Assembly: GCA_030426925.1 (NCBI GenBank)
Contig: JAUHXT010000002.1
Location: forward strand, 14,405 to 78,404
Source of the DNA: Alphaproteobacteria bacterium
GTDB lineage: Bacteria; Pseudomonadota; Alphaproteobacteria; Micavibrionales; Micavibrionaceae
Reading direction: 5' to 3'
Length of the DNA stretch: 64,000 nucleotides
The position numbers and the translations under genes are program-made. Below are positions 9,078-19,431 of the stretch, piece by piece. The notes below the pieces were generated by a model. It did no database searches. It was not told where the DNA came from and saw only the letters and a list, made by a program, of their open reading frames with translations. How positions within the stretch are numbered: position 1 is the stretch's first letter; the number at the start of each line of letters is the position of its first letter.

Positions 9078-12000
9078 ATGGAGATCATGAACGATAAGCC
9101 TGAAAAAACCAAGTCCGTAAAAGACAAGCCGGAACGCAGCAAAAAGAAGAGAGTTTTCCTGATTTTGCTGGAAGTGCTGGCTTTACTTGTTTTACTGGTG
9201 CTGGTCGGTGCAGGAATGCTGTTGTGGCGGGTATCGAAAGAACCGCTGAATATCGGCTTTGCCAAGCCCTATGTGCAGCAGGCGGTACAGGACTCCAGGG
9301 CGGGGTTCGATCTGGAAATGGACCAGGTCTACCTGGAATGGCCGGATTATAAGGGGCCGCTTCTGATCGGCATGGGCAATGTCCGGCTGCTGGGAGACGG
9401 GGGCACGGAAATCGTACATGTGGAATCCGCGGGCATCGGCCTGTCTTACCCGCATTTGCTGTTAGGCGCCGTACGTCCGACCGCCATCATCATTAACAAG
9501 CCGTCATTGCGTATCGACAGAACGCCGGGTCACGTAGGCATAAGCCTGCAGGATTACGATATCGCCAAGGACGAACGCCAGCCTACGGAAGCGCCGACAA
9601 ACTGGAAACAGGCCGTGGCAACGAAACTGACCGAAATAGCGGACAACCAGTTTGCAAAAGGCACGTTTTTCAGCGATCTGAACAAGATGGAAATAAGAAA
9701 CGCCCGCGTGGTTATCCATGACCAGGTCAGCGGCATGTCGCGGTATTTTACAAACATGGATGCGGCGTTATCGCGTACCAATGCCGGCGCATCGCTTTCC
9801 TTTAATGCGAACCTTCCCGGCGGCTCCGGCTTTAGCGCGATTCTGGATTATACGAAAAACAGCGGCCAGTTTGGCATGCGCACGAATATCAGCCAGGTGA
9901 ACCCGTTCCTGTTCGGAGAGATTTTTCATCATGCGCGCATTTTCGAAGACCAGCATATCAAAGTGACAGGCACGGCGAACATTTTGTTAGACCGTACGTT
10001 AAACCCGCTGAACGCCAATATGAACCTGCGTTCCGATAGCGGCGTTTTGCTATTCGAAAATGATTACGACGAACCGCTGGAATACAAGAACGCGGTGGCG
10101 AAATTAAAATATACAGGCGCCGAGCAGACGATGCAGATCGAAGATTTGTCGGTGGAATTAAATAGCGTGCCGATGTCCGTGTCATCAACCACACATATAG
10201 GGCCGGATAACATCAGCGTGCCGATTACGTTTAACATTCCGGAAATGACGGCGCAGCAGGCGGCGTCCCTGATACCCAAATCCGAAATGGATAGCGACGG
10301 CGGAAAATGGGTTGGTAGCAAACTGCGTGATGGTGTTTACAAAGACATTGGTGTGACAGTCGAAATGGGTGCGGACAGGCAAAGCGTCGTGGGTGAATAC
10401 GGCCCCGTGCGCGAATGGGTCTGGGGCATGAAAAACATTGATGCGTCGTTCCTGTTCGAAAACATGACCATTGATTACAGCGATACGCTGACCCCGGCCA
10501 CGAAAGCGAACGGCAAAGGCACGTTCGATGGCGACAACCTGACCATCACAGGCGACAGCGCGTATGTGAAAGATGTGCATGGTACGAACCTCGACATGGT
10601 GTTTTCGGATTTTCTGGTGGTCGGCGGCGGCGTGGCCAATATCAAGATGGATGTTGATGGCCCATTATCCAGCTATCTGGAATATCTGGCGCTTGACCCG
10701 ATTAACCTGAGCGAAGATATCGGCCTTGATGCAAAGCAGGCAAAAGGAAATTTGAAAGCAAAGCTTGATGTTTCTTTCCCGACGCTCGAAGACCTGCCCA
10801 AGGATGAAGTGAAGGTCAGTGTTAACGGTACATTGTCCGACCTCAACCTGCCGGACATGGTGCAGGGGCTGCCGCTCACCGGTGGTCCGCTCAGCCTGAA
10901 CGTATCCGGTGGCAAGGTTCTGGTGAAAGGCAAGGCGCAGCTGGCCAACCGCGATGTGACTCTGGACTGGATCCAGAACCTCGACAGTGCAGGCAAGGAA
11001 TTCGCGATGCAGGTGAAAGCGCAAATAGGCGCGGACAAGGAACTGCGCAATCATTTTGGTATCGACCTTGATGACTTTATACAGGGCACGTTGCCTGTGG
11101 ATCTGGTCTTTACTGAAAAACCGAACGGCGATGCGGCCATCAAGGTAAAGGGTGATTTAAACCCCATGAAAATCGGGATTAAGCCGTTTGATTACACAAA
11201 GGCGACCGGCGTGCCCGGTACGGTGAACCTGACTGCCAATCTGAAATCCAATGTGCTGAAAACCATCACCGGCCTGTCGCTTGAAACACAGGATTTAAAG
11301 GTCGATAATGCCACGCTGACATTCCGCCAGTTAAAGGGAACGGAAGTGGAATTGGCGCGCGCGCAACTCGGTTCCGCCAAAATAGGCAAAACATTGCAGA
11401 CGGTGGATTTGGAAATCACGCCGGGCAATACATGGAAGGTGAAGGCCGAAGGCACGGTTTTCGATGCCGGACCGTTTTTGAAGGACGAACCCAAAGGTAA
11501 TATTCCGCAGGACAACCCGGCTTTCGAAATCTCGCTCAAAACCGACACGATGCTCACCAAGAAAGAGCAGTCGATACAAAAGGCAAAGCTGTATATCGAG
11601 CTGAACAAGCGCACCAATGTTGAACGCCTCGAAGTTGATGCGTTTGCGGGCAAGGGCTCGATTTATGTGCGCTACAAACCAAATCAGAGCGGGCAGCGGA
11701 ACTTCCATATGGAAGCAACCGATGCGGGCGCGACGTTAAAAGCCTTTGACGTCTTTCCCGATGTGATCGGCGGCAGTATGGTCATTTACGGCGAACCGAT
11801 TGGCGGCAATGACAGCGATGATATTTACGGCACGGCGCGAATGGAGAATTTCAGGGTCGTGAACGCCCCGGCGTTGGCGCGCCTGATCAACGCGATGAGC
11901 ATCACGGGTTTGGAAGGTGCGCTGAAAAACGAAGGGCTTGCCTTTACCAAGCTGGAAGGAACATTCGAATGGCTGTTCCGTCCGCAGGGTAGCTTGCTGA

Positions 12001-12398
12001 CCATCAAGAACGGGCGGACGTCCGGCGCATCCATCGGCCTGTCATTCGAAGGGAAAGTTGACCGCGCCAGCCAGACGCTGGACATCAAGGGAACGATTGT
12101 CCCGATGTCCGAAGTGAACAACATCATCGGCAGTATCCCGCTGGTGGGCGATATCCTGACAGGCGGTAGCGGGTTAATCGCCGCGACCTATACGATGCGC
12201 GGCCCCGCAAAGGAACCGCAGGTGTCCATCAACCCGCTGTCTGTTTTAACGCCGGGCTTCCTGCGGCGTATTTTGTTTGAAGGCGGGTATGAAGATGACG
12301 GCCCGTCCATCGTGCCGCCAGAACCGAAAGCGCAGCCAAAAGACAACGGCATGCCTACGGCGGAAGAATTGCTGAATAGAAATGTCAGGAATGACTAG
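9078..12398 (+). CDS. AsmA/YhdP-like large envelope protein (DUF3971-type)
   Basis: 1106 aa with an N-terminal TM anchor ([21 protein letters not shown]). The body is long and beta-rich. The conserved C-terminal [15 protein letters not shown]...[13 protein letters not shown] is typical of AsmA-like C-terminal regions. Confidence 0.8.
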   Translation: MEIMNDKPEKTKSVKDKPERSKKKRVFLILLEVLALLVLLVLVGAGMLLWRVSKEPLNIGFAKPYVQQAVQDSRAGFDLEMDQVYLEWPDYKGPLLIGMGNVRLLGDGGTEIVHVESAGIGLSYPHLLLGAVRPTAIIINKPSLRIDRTPGHVGISLQDYDIAKDERQPTEAPTNWKQAVATKLTEIADNQFAKGTFFSDLNKMEIRNARVVIHDQVSGMSRYFTNMDAALSRTNAGASLSFNANLPGGSGFSAILDYTKNSGQFGMRTNISQVNPFLFGEIFHHARIFEDQHIKVTGTANILLDRTLNPLNANMNLRSDSGVLLFENDYDEPLEYKNAVAKLKYTGAEQTMQIEDLSVELNSVPMSVSSTTHIGPDNISVPITFNIPEMTAQQAASLIPKSEMDSDGGKWVGSKLRDGVYKDIGVTVEMGADRQSVVGEYGPVREWVWGMKNIDASFLFENMTIDYSDTLTPATKANGKGTFDGDNLTITGDSAYVKDVHGTNLDMVFSDFLVVGGGVANIKMDVDGPLSSYLEYLALDPINLSEDIGLDAKQAKGNLKAKLDVSFPTLEDLPKDEVKVSVNGTLSDLNLPDMVQGLPLTGGPLSLNVSGGKVLVKGKAQLANRDVTLDWIQNLDSAGKEFAMQVKAQIGADKELRNHFGIDLDDFIQGTLPVDLVFTEKPNGDAAIKVKGDLNPMKIGIKPFDYTKATGVPGTVNLTANLKSNVLKTITGLSLETQDLKVDNATLTFRQLKGTEVELARAQLGSAKIGKTLQTVDLEITPGNTWKVKAEGTVFDAGPFLKDEPKGNIPQDNPAFEISLKTDTMLTKKEQSIQKAKLYIELNKRTNVERLEVDAFAGKGSIYVRYKPNQSGQRNFHMEATDAGATLKAFDVFPDVIGGSMVIYGEPIGGNDSDDIYGTARMENFRVVNAPALARLINAMSITGLEGALKNEGLAFTKLEGTFEWLFRPQGSLLTIKNGRTSGASIGLSFEGKVDRASQTLDIKGTIVPMSEVNNIIGSIPLVGDILTGGSGLIAATYTMRGPAKEPQVSINPLSVLTPGFLRRILFEGGYEDDGPSIVPPEPKAQPKDNGMPTAEELLNRNVRND

Positions 12399-13633
12399 GC
12401 CGCGCGAACGAGGACGTGCTTTTTCTTACCGGCAGACAGCTTGATATAACCGTCTTCGAAATCACGCTTCCTGATAACGGCATCCGCTTTTTGAATGGCG
12501 ACATCGTTAATGCGCGCGCCGCCCTGCTGCACCAGCTTGCGTGCTTCACCTTTTGACTTCGCAAGGCCGGCTTCAACCAGAAGGTCAAGGACATTTACTT
12601 CCTGCGATAAATCGATGTCGATGGTTGGCAAATCATCACCGACGCCGCCCTGTTCGAACACTTGTTGCGCGGTGCTTTCCGCATCCTTGGCCGCCTGTTC
12701 ACCGTGACACAGTTTCGTGACTTCGTTTGCCAGTATCTTTTTCGCTTCGTTGATCTCTTGCCCTTGCAAGGCTTCCAGCTTTTTGATCTCGCTCATCGGC
12801 AACGTGGTAAACAGTTTGAGGAATTTCCCGACATCGGCGTCTTCGGTGTTGCGCCAGTACTGCCAGTAGTCGTAAGGCGACAACATATCGGCATTCAGCC
12901 ATACCGCGCCATCCGCCGTCTTGCCCATCTTCGCGCCCGATGATGTTGTCAAAAGCGGTGTGGTCAGCGCGAACAGTTCCGCTTGTTCCGTGCGGCGCCC
13001 CAGTTCAACCCCGTTGATGATATTGCCCCACTGGTCGGACCCGCCCATTTGCAAAATGGTGTCGTTGCGCCGGTACAGTTCAACAAAATCATAGGCCTGC
13101 AAAATCATATAATTGAATTCAAGGAACGTCAGCGGCTGTTCGCGGTCCAATCGCAGTTTCACGGACTCGAACGTCATCATGCGGTTAATCGTGAAATGCG
13201 GGCCGTAATCGCGCAGGAAGTCGATGTAGTTAAGGCCGGACAGCCAGTCATTGTTGTTGACCATCACCGCGTCGGTTTTGCCGTTGCCGTAAGTCAGGAA
13301 TTTTGCAAACACGGATTTGATGCCGTCGATGTTTTTATCAATCGCCGCTTCATCCAGCATCTTCCGGCTTTGGTCTTTACCGGACGGGTCGCCGACCTTC
13401 GTCGTCCCGCCACCCATCAGTGTAATGGGCTTATGGCCGGTTTGTTGAAACCAGTACAACATCATAATCTGGACGAGGCTTCCCGCGTGCAGGGAAGAGG
13501 CTGTCGCATCAAAACCGATATAGGCGCTTTGAGGTCCTTCCATCAGCTTGGCGTCCAGCGCACCGAAATCAGAGCACTGGTGTATAAAGCCGCGCTCGGT
13601 TAAGATGTTCAGGAATTCTGATTTATAAGTCAT
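12395..13633 (-). CDS. tyrS: Tyrosine--tRNA ligase
   Basis: Class I motifs (HAGSL as the HIGH variant, KMGKT as KMSKS) and a C-terminal S4-like domain. Confidence 0.95.
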   Translation of the reverse strand: MTYKSEFLNILTERGFIHQCSDFGALDAKLMEGPQSAYIGFDATASSLHAGSLVQIMMLYWFQQTGHKPITLMGGGTTKVGDPSGKDQSRKMLDEAAIDKNIDGIKSVFAKFLTYGNGKTDAVMVNNNDWLSGLNYIDFLRDYGPHFTINRMMTFESVKLRLDREQPLTFLEFNYMILQAYDFVELYRRNDTILQMGGSDQWGNIINGVELGRRTEQAELFALTTPLLTTSSGAKMGKTADGAVWLNADMLSPYDYWQYWRNTEDADVGKFLKLFTTLPMSEIKKLEALQGQEINEAKKILANEVTKLCHGEQAAKDAESTAQQVFEQGGVGDDLPTIDIDLSQEVNVLDLLVEAGLAKSKGEARKLVQQGGARINDVAIQKADAVIRKRDFEDGYIKLSAGKKKHVLVRAA

Positions 13634-13651
13634 AACGGTGTTCTATACCCC

Positions 13652-14749
13652 ATGAGTGATAACAAAGTCTATACTGCAATTGGCCTGATGTCAGGGACTT
13701 CCTTGGACGGGGAGATTGACGTCGCCCTGATTGAAACCGATGGCGAAGCATATGTTAAGCCATTGGATTTCAAGCCGTTTCCTTATGAACAAGGCGTGCG
13801 GGACAAGGTGCGTGCCTGTTTTGGCCGCCGCGGCCACGATGCGGATACGATGGCGGCGGAGCAGATGGTGACCGACCTGCATATCGCAGCCGTGCAGGCA
13901 TCGGGCTTTAAAGCGGACATTATCGGCTTTCATGGGCAGACCATTACCCACGCGCCGGAGGACGGTTTTACCTGGCAACTGGGCGATGGCCAGCGGCTGG
14001 CCAATGAAACCGGCATGGACGTGGTGTATAACCTGCGCAAGGCGGATGTTGAGGTAGGCGGGCAGGGTGCGCCGCTCATCCCCGCTTATCACGCGGCGAT
14101 GGCCGCAGGGCAGGAAAAACCGCTGGCCGTCCTTAACCTCGGCGGCGTCGCCAATGTCACCTATATCGGAGCGGACGGCGCGTTAATCGCCTGCGACACC
14201 GGCCCGGCCAATGCGTTGCTGGACGATTACATCCATCAGAATACAGGAAAGCCGCATGACGAAGGCGGCGCCATCGCGTTATCCGGCACGCCTGACACGG
14301 AATTCATCAAACCGTTTCTGGAACACCCGTATTTTTCGAAGGAGCCGCCAAAGTCACTGGACCGCAATGAATTCACCCCGTTTTTAAAAGACCTGCCGGA
14401 AAAATTTGAAGATGCCGTCTCGACCCTGGCCGCTATTACGGTGTTAAGCGTAGCGCGTAGCGTTCACCATTTTCCGGACGCGCCGAAAGAATGGCTGGTG
14501 TGCGGCGGCGGGCGGAAAAATAACGCCATTATGCAGGGACTTCAAAAAGAACTGGGCGTTCCCGTTCGTGCGGTGGAGGAAGCGGGCTGGAACGGCGATG
14601 CGATAGAAGCGCAAGGGTTCGCCTATCTTGCCGTACGTTCCGCACTGGGGTATCCTTTAACCTTCCCGAAAACAACAGGTGTGGAGCGCCCGCAACCCGG
14701 GGGTGTGTTGTGTCGGCCCGATGATAATGAAAGGAAAAAACATGGGTAA
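13652..14749 (+). CDS. anmK: Anhydro-N-acetylmuramic acid kinase
   Basis: GLMSGTSLDGEIDVAL N-terminus and GGGRKN near the C-terminus, with the typical 365-aa length. Confidence 0.92.
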   Translation: MSDNKVYTAIGLMSGTSLDGEIDVALIETDGEAYVKPLDFKPFPYEQGVRDKVRACFGRRGHDADTMAAEQMVTDLHIAAVQASGFKADIIGFHGQTITHAPEDGFTWQLGDGQRLANETGMDVVYNLRKADVEVGGQGAPLIPAYHAAMAAGQEKPLAVLNLGGVANVTYIGADGALIACDTGPANALLDDYIHQNTGKPHDEGGAIALSGTPDTEFIKPFLEHPYFSKEPPKSLDRNEFTPFLKDLPEKFEDAVSTLAAITVLSVARSVHHFPDAPKEWLVCGGGRKNNAIMQGLQKELGVPVRAVEEAGWNGDAIEAQGFAYLAVRSALGYPLTFPKTTGVERPQPGGVLCRPDDNERKKHG

Positions 14750-15806
14750 GAAGAAAGGATTACTGGAACGTATCGATGCAGGGGAAGCGGTCATTCATGC
14801 CAGCGGCTATTTGTTCGAAATGGAACGCCGCGGCTATTTACAGGCCGGCGGTTATGTACCCGAAGTGGTCTTGGAACACCCGGAAGTGGTGGAGCAGTTA
14901 ACCCGTGAATTCGCGCGTTGCGGTGCCGATGTCCTGCTGGCCTTCACCTATTACGGCCACCGCGAAAAAATGCGTCTTGTCGGGAAAGAAGATTTGCTGG
15001 AACCGCTGAACCGCGAAGCATTGAAAATTGCAAAAAAAGTGGGCGATGAATTCCCCGACAAGCTGGTCGCGGGCAATATCTGTAACACCAATATTTACGA
15101 CCCGGCGGATGATGAAGGCCCCGTGCGCGCAATTTTTGAAGAACAGATTGGCTGGATTAAAGAAGCAGGGGTTGACCTGATTGTCGGTGAGACGTTCGGC
15201 CATATCGGCGAAGCGAAAATCGCGGCAGAGATCGCGCAAAAAGCAGGTGTGCCGATTGTGATTGGCACGGTGCTGCATGGAAAGAAAAACAATTTCCGCG
15301 ATAGCGAACGTTTCTTTGTCGATGATTTGAAGGATTTGAAGGACAGCGGCGCCGATGTTGTTGGCCTGAACTGTCACATGGGCCCTGCGACCATGTTGCC
15401 GCACTTGCGGGAGATTACGGAAGTCATCCGCGATGGCCGCGTGGCCGGTTTCCCGGTGGCGTACCGTACAACGCCGACACAACCGAGTTTCGGGTCCATG
15501 CGCGACCGTGATTTATGTTGCCCCGAACGCCTGCCGGTGGAAGGGATCAGTTTCCCCGTCGCGCTCGACCCCTTTACCGTGACGCGCTATGAAATGGCGG
15601 ACTTCGCGGCAAAGGCCAATGCAGTCGGCGCTAAATACCTGGGCATTTGTTGTGGCGGCGCGCCGCATCATGTACGCGCGATGGCAGAAGCCTTGGGACG
15701 TAAGACCGAAGCGTCGAAATATTCGCCCGACATGACAAAGCATGCGTTCTATGGCACCGATGAATCCTTAAAGGATTATAACCAGCAATATAAAAGCCAG
15801 TTCTAA
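14742..15806 (+). CDS. Homocysteine S-methyltransferase family protein (betaine-homocysteine methyltransferase-like), paralog 1
   Basis: GYLFEMERRGY, FTYYGHREK and Zn-ligand motifs GLNC and GICCGG. Start set at ATG 14742 behind an AAGGAAA SD. Confidence 0.85.
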   Translation: MGKKKGLLERIDAGEAVIHASGYLFEMERRGYLQAGGYVPEVVLEHPEVVEQLTREFARCGADVLLAFTYYGHREKMRLVGKEDLLEPLNREALKIAKKVGDEFPDKLVAGNICNTNIYDPADDEGPVRAIFEEQIGWIKEAGVDLIVGETFGHIGEAKIAAEIAQKAGVPIVIGTVLHGKKNNFRDSERFFVDDLKDLKDSGADVVGLNCHMGPATMLPHLREITEVIRDGRVAGFPVAYRTTPTQPSFGSMRDRDLCCPERLPVEGISFPVALDPFTVTRYEMADFAAKANAVGAKYLGICCGGAPHHVRAMAEALGRKTEASKYSPDMTKHAFYGTDESLKDYNQQYKSQF

Positions 15807-15881
15807 TGTGCCTTTCAGGGTTGTCTTTCATGGCCAAGCCTGTTTTAGTCATGTGTACACGAAAGTTAAGAGAGAAACGCC

Positions 15882-16943
15882 ATGACTAAAAAACGATCAC
15901 TTTTGGAAAGACTGGATCAGGATAACGCGGTTATTTGCGCCGAAGGGTTCCTGTTTGAAATGGAACGCCGCGGCTATCTTGCGGCCGGAGAATTTGTGCC
16001 GGAAGTCGCACTGGAAAATCCCCAGGCATTAAAAAACCTGCACATTGATTTTCAACATGCCGGATCGGACATTGTGGAGGCCTTTACCTATAACGGTCAC
16101 CGCGAAAAGATGCGTGTGATCGGTAAGGAAGAGCTGCTGGAGCCATTGAACCGCGCCGCCTTGAAAATCGCACGGGAAGTAGCGGATGCCGCAGAAGGCG
16201 AACCGAACCTGATGGCCGGTAATATCTCCAACTCCAATATCTGGAACCCGGACGATCCGGAAAGCCAGAAGCAAGTTCGCGCCATGTTTGAGGAAATGTG
16301 CCAGTGGGCGGTGGAAGAAGGCGCCGACATGCTGGTGGGCGAAACGTTCTATTACGCCGAAGAAGCATACTGCGCGCTGGAAGTGATGAAAGAACATAAC
16401 GTCCCAGCCGTAGTCACAATCGCACCGATGGGTGAAAACATCATGCGCGATGGCCCGACGCCGGTTGAAACCTGCCAGCAGCTGGAAAAACTCGGCGCGG
16501 ATGTCGTCGGTATGAACTGTTTCCGCGGGCCGGAAACTATGATGCCGTACCTGAAGGAAATCCGCCTGGCCGTGGACTGCCATGTCGGCGCACTGCCCTT
16601 GCCGTACCGCACGACAAAGGAACACCCGACATTCTTTAACCTGCCGGACGAACACGGCTGCACATGCCCGGCGCCGCACGGACGCACATTCCCGACCGCG
16701 CTCGACCCGATGTACATGAACCGCTATGAAATCCGTAAATTCGCGGACGAAGCGCTGGAACTTGGCATCAAATATCTGGGCGTATGCTGTGGGGCATCCC
16801 CGATGCTGATCCGTGAAGTGGCAATGGCCGCAGGCAAGACGCCGAAGGCGGCCCGCTTCGCCGAAAACATGAGCAACCACTTCATGTACGGAAGCAACGA
16901 CCGCTTGCCAGAGCACATCAAGTCCTATGGTGAAAAAGCCTAG
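15882..16943 (+). CDS. Homocysteine S-methyltransferase family protein (betaine-homocysteine methyltransferase-like), paralog 2
   Basis: Collinear with paralog 1 (GFLFEMERRGY, FTYNGHREK, GMNC, GVCCGAS). Roughly half the residues are identical by eye. Confidence 0.85.
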   Translation: MTKKRSLLERLDQDNAVICAEGFLFEMERRGYLAAGEFVPEVALENPQALKNLHIDFQHAGSDIVEAFTYNGHREKMRVIGKEELLEPLNRAALKIAREVADAAEGEPNLMAGNISNSNIWNPDDPESQKQVRAMFEEMCQWAVEEGADMLVGETFYYAEEAYCALEVMKEHNVPAVVTIAPMGENIMRDGPTPVETCQQLEKLGADVVGMNCFRGPETMMPYLKEIRLAVDCHVGALPLPYRTTKEHPTFFNLPDEHGCTCPAPHGRTFPTALDPMYMNRYEIRKFADEALELGIKYLGVCCGASPMLIREVAMAAGKTPKAARFAENMSNHFMYGSNDRLPEHIKSYGEKA

Positions 16944-16948
16944 TACAC

Positions 16949-17935
16949 GTGCCACGTATAGTTACGACCAGTAAAGACGCAATCGCTGAGGCCGCATCCA
17001 TCTTACAGGGGGGCGGCCTTGTCGGTTTACCGACCGAAACGGTTTACGGCCTTGCCGCCAATGCGCTTGACGGAAAGGCCGTCGCGCGGATATTCGAAGC
17101 CAAAAACAGGCCGCAGTTCAATCCCCTCATCGTCCATGTGCCGGACGCAAAGGAAGCGGAAAAATACGTCGAGATGAATGAGAGTGCGCGCGCAGTGGCA
17201 GCCGAATTCTGGCCCGGACCGTTAACGCTCATCCTGCCGCGCAAAGAGGGGAGCGGCATCAGTGAACTGGCCAGTGCGGGTTTGCCGACCCTCGCCATCC
17301 GCGTGCCTGCGCATCCGGCGGCGCAGGAGCTGTTAAAAACCTCCGGCCTGCCGCTGGCAGCGCCCAGCGCCAATGCGTCGGGGGAGCCGAGCGCGACGAC
17401 CCCGCGTCACGTCGCCGACAGTCTGGGCGATAACATCGACCTGATTTTAGCGGCCGGTCCGTGCGCCGTCGGGCTGGAATCCACGGTGCTGGATTTAAGC
17501 GGTGACATGCCCGCGATTTTACGCCCCGGCGCGATTACAGCCGAAGACCTGGAGCCGTTATTAGGTCCGGTATCGCACGACACCGGAACCCACGACAAAC
17601 CGAAATCACCGGGCCTGCTGCTCAAACATTATGCGCCGTCTATCCCGGTGCGCCTGAAGGCCGTGGACGTGGAGGAGGGCGAAGCCCTGCTGGCGTTCGG
17701 CTCCATTAAGTTTATGGGCGTCAAAGGCGGCGGCGCGGCCAAAGACCTGCCCGATAATCGGATACGCAATTTGAGCGAAAGCGGCGATTTGACGGAGGCC
17801 GCCAGCAACCTGTTTTCCTACATCCGTGAACTGGACAATCCCGACTTTGCAGGTATCGCCGTAATGGATATTCCCGATACCGGCCTCGGCCTTGCCATCA
17901 ATGACCGCCTGAAAAGGGCGGCGGCTGGTCGTTAG
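16949..17935 (+). CDS. tsaC: L-threonylcarbamoyladenylate synthase (YrdC + Sua5 domains)
   Basis: GLPTETVYGLAANA, NRPQFNPLIVHV, APSAN, and a C-terminal Sua5-type extension. Confidence 0.9.
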   Translation: MPRIVTTSKDAIAEAASILQGGGLVGLPTETVYGLAANALDGKAVARIFEAKNRPQFNPLIVHVPDAKEAEKYVEMNESARAVAAEFWPGPLTLILPRKEGSGISELASAGLPTLAIRVPAHPAAQELLKTSGLPLAAPSANASGEPSATTPRHVADSLGDNIDLILAAGPCAVGLESTVLDLSGDMPAILRPGAITAEDLEPLLGPVSHDTGTHDKPKSPGLLLKHYAPSIPVRLKAVDVEEGEALLAFGSIKFMGVKGGGAAKDLPDNRIRNLSESGDLTEAASNLFSYIRELDNPDFAGIAVMDIPDTGLGLAINDRLKRAAAGR

Positions 17936-18189
17936 CCATAGGCCAAACACCCTCACACCGCCGCTGGTAGGGGGGCGACGGTGTGGCTTTACCGCGGAAA
18001 GTTTGTGCAAGTTAGGTAAAGTTAAATGACAAAAGGCCAAGCGCCGCTGCCAGAGCAATGGCGTTGTCCGTCGTATCATCTTTCTTTGGTTTATTCCCAG
18101 ACAGTGGACCTCCCTGTAGTGTCCTCGCCGGGGTGGCTGCGTGTTTTTTAAATGCAGTCCCTGTCATAAGAACCTCCCTGATTCTTATT

Positions 18190-18415
18190 TATTGTTTAAG
18201 TGTTCTTGTTATCGTTAATTTGAATTTAATGTACAGAATGTGGTATGTCAACAAAAATCGAACAAAAAACGAAATAGTTATCTATCTATACATCAATCTC
18301 TATTTCGCTTTAGTATTCATAGTAAAAAATATAAGTATTTATACTTCGTTTTACATGAATACTTAATATTTATACATGAATTCTTAGTATTTGCCGTGCG
18401 CTATAGTATTCGCGC
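18190..18415. other. Strongly AT-rich non-coding tract carrying short repeats
   Basis: About five copies of (T)AGTATT(C/T) on the two strands, near 18312, 18333, 18358 (reverse), 18386 and 18405. One TTAA-N7-TTAA at 18215-18229. It lies between two convergent gene ends. Confidence 0.5.
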
Positions 18416-18445
18416 AAAGCAGCTATGAGGGCTGGTTATATGAGT

Positions 18446-19312
18446 TTAAACTGATGTTTTGGTCTTGTAGAGAGACAGGAAGTCTACCGGGCTGATTGAC
18501 AGCCGGGAATAGAGATTTCTCGGTATGCCGGACTCCCCTGAAAATCCTTGATTTCGGGTTGGGAATGCCAGCAATGCCTCCACTGCATCCATCGGTTTGT
18601 TCTGGTACAGATGGCTGATAGGTTGTTGCAGGGAAGGGGGGATATGCACGTATGATTTGCGTGCATCGCTCTTCGCGAATACTTGTGCAGCCGGCTCTGG
18701 GCGCGTGTTTACAGAATCAGGAAGAGCTGATTTTACGCTGAATTTTTTATCAAAGAAGGCATAAATTTCCTTCAGGGTGCGTGGCTGCCCTGTTTTCGAA
18801 TCATAAAACACACCGCGATTCGATGCCGATTCTTTCGGGAACAGGTAAGCGCCGACCGTATTCGGGTCTTTATTCATGGCTTTCAGGAAGCCCGCAGCCC
18901 CGGAAGCGCCCAGGAAATGCGCAAAATACATCTCGGTCGAGCCGATCTCGCCACCAACGTTTTCCTCGAGGAATTCCTTGTTTTCACGGGCAAATTCCGC
19001 CGCGAACAGGGAGGACAGCTTGGCATCCTTGCGCAGGTTCAAAAGGCTCTGGCGGCTTTGGTTGGTGTTGACACCGTATTGATCGCCATATTTGTCGACC
19101 ATGTGCAGCCACGTGCTGTCGATAAACTGGTACAGGCCTGTCGCGCTGCTTGTGCGCGCCTTGGCGGATGGATTGAAGGAGCTTTCAGCCGCCGCTTGCT
19201 GGATCATATAGGCAAAATCCACCCCGGTTTTGCGGCTGGCTGTTTGTATCGCCTGCAAAACATGTTTTGGGGCTTGTGCGGTTAAATTGGCTAACGTATT
19301 GTTTTCAAACAT
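18446..19312 (-). CDS. Lytic transglycosylase (SLT-domain) protein
   Basis: AAAESSFNPSAKARTSSATGLYQFIDSTW carries the catalytic ES and GLxQ signatures. An alternative TTG start at 19363 is possible. Confidence 0.8.
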   Translation of the reverse strand: MFENNTLANLTAQAPKHVLQAIQTASRKTGVDFAYMIQQAAAESSFNPSAKARTSSATGLYQFIDSTWLHMVDKYGDQYGVNTNQSRQSLLNLRKDAKLSSLFAAEFARENKEFLEENVGGEIGSTEMYFAHFLGASGAAGFLKAMNKDPNTVGAYLFPKESASNRGVFYDSKTGQPRTLKEIYAFFDKKFSVKSALPDSVNTRPEPAAQVFAKSDARKSYVHIPPSLQQPISHLYQNKPMDAVEALLAFPTRNQGFSGESGIPRNLYSRLSISPVDFLSLYKTKTSV

Positions 19313-19431
19313 ATTCTTATTAATCTTTGGTGTTGACCCTGTTGCTTCTTTCGAACAACACAATTACCTTCGCAAAGGACGTGCCATTTTCGCGTTTTGA
19401 CGTGATACACTGAAAATAAAAGAGGTTCCCG

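Noticed and set aside
12983-13603. 206-aa ORF antisense to tyrS; similar cases at 25393-25977, 47521-48060 and 55738-56346
   Set aside because: All lie opposite genes with firm family signatures and show skewed, motif-free composition.
16029-16955. 308-aa ORF on the minus strand covering almost the whole second methyltransferase gene
   Set aside because: The plus-strand frame has clear family motifs (FEMERRGY, GMNC, CCG). The antisense translation is R/H/A/F-rich low-complexity sequence with no motif. It is a typical shadow ORF.
18058-18366. 102-aa hydrophobic ORF (and 18240-18428) in the AT-rich convergent spacer
   Set aside because: Its composition is driven by A/T-rich codons (I, L, N, Y, F, K). 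It has no SD and crosses the repeat tract. It is more likely non-coding.
18190-18415. AT-rich tract as a chromosomal replication origin
   Set aside because: No DnaA-box-like TTATCCACA/TGTGGATAA sequences were seen. No dnaA, hemE, parAB or gidAB genes are nearby. A single TTAA-N7-TTAA in AT-rich DNA is easily a chance occurrence.
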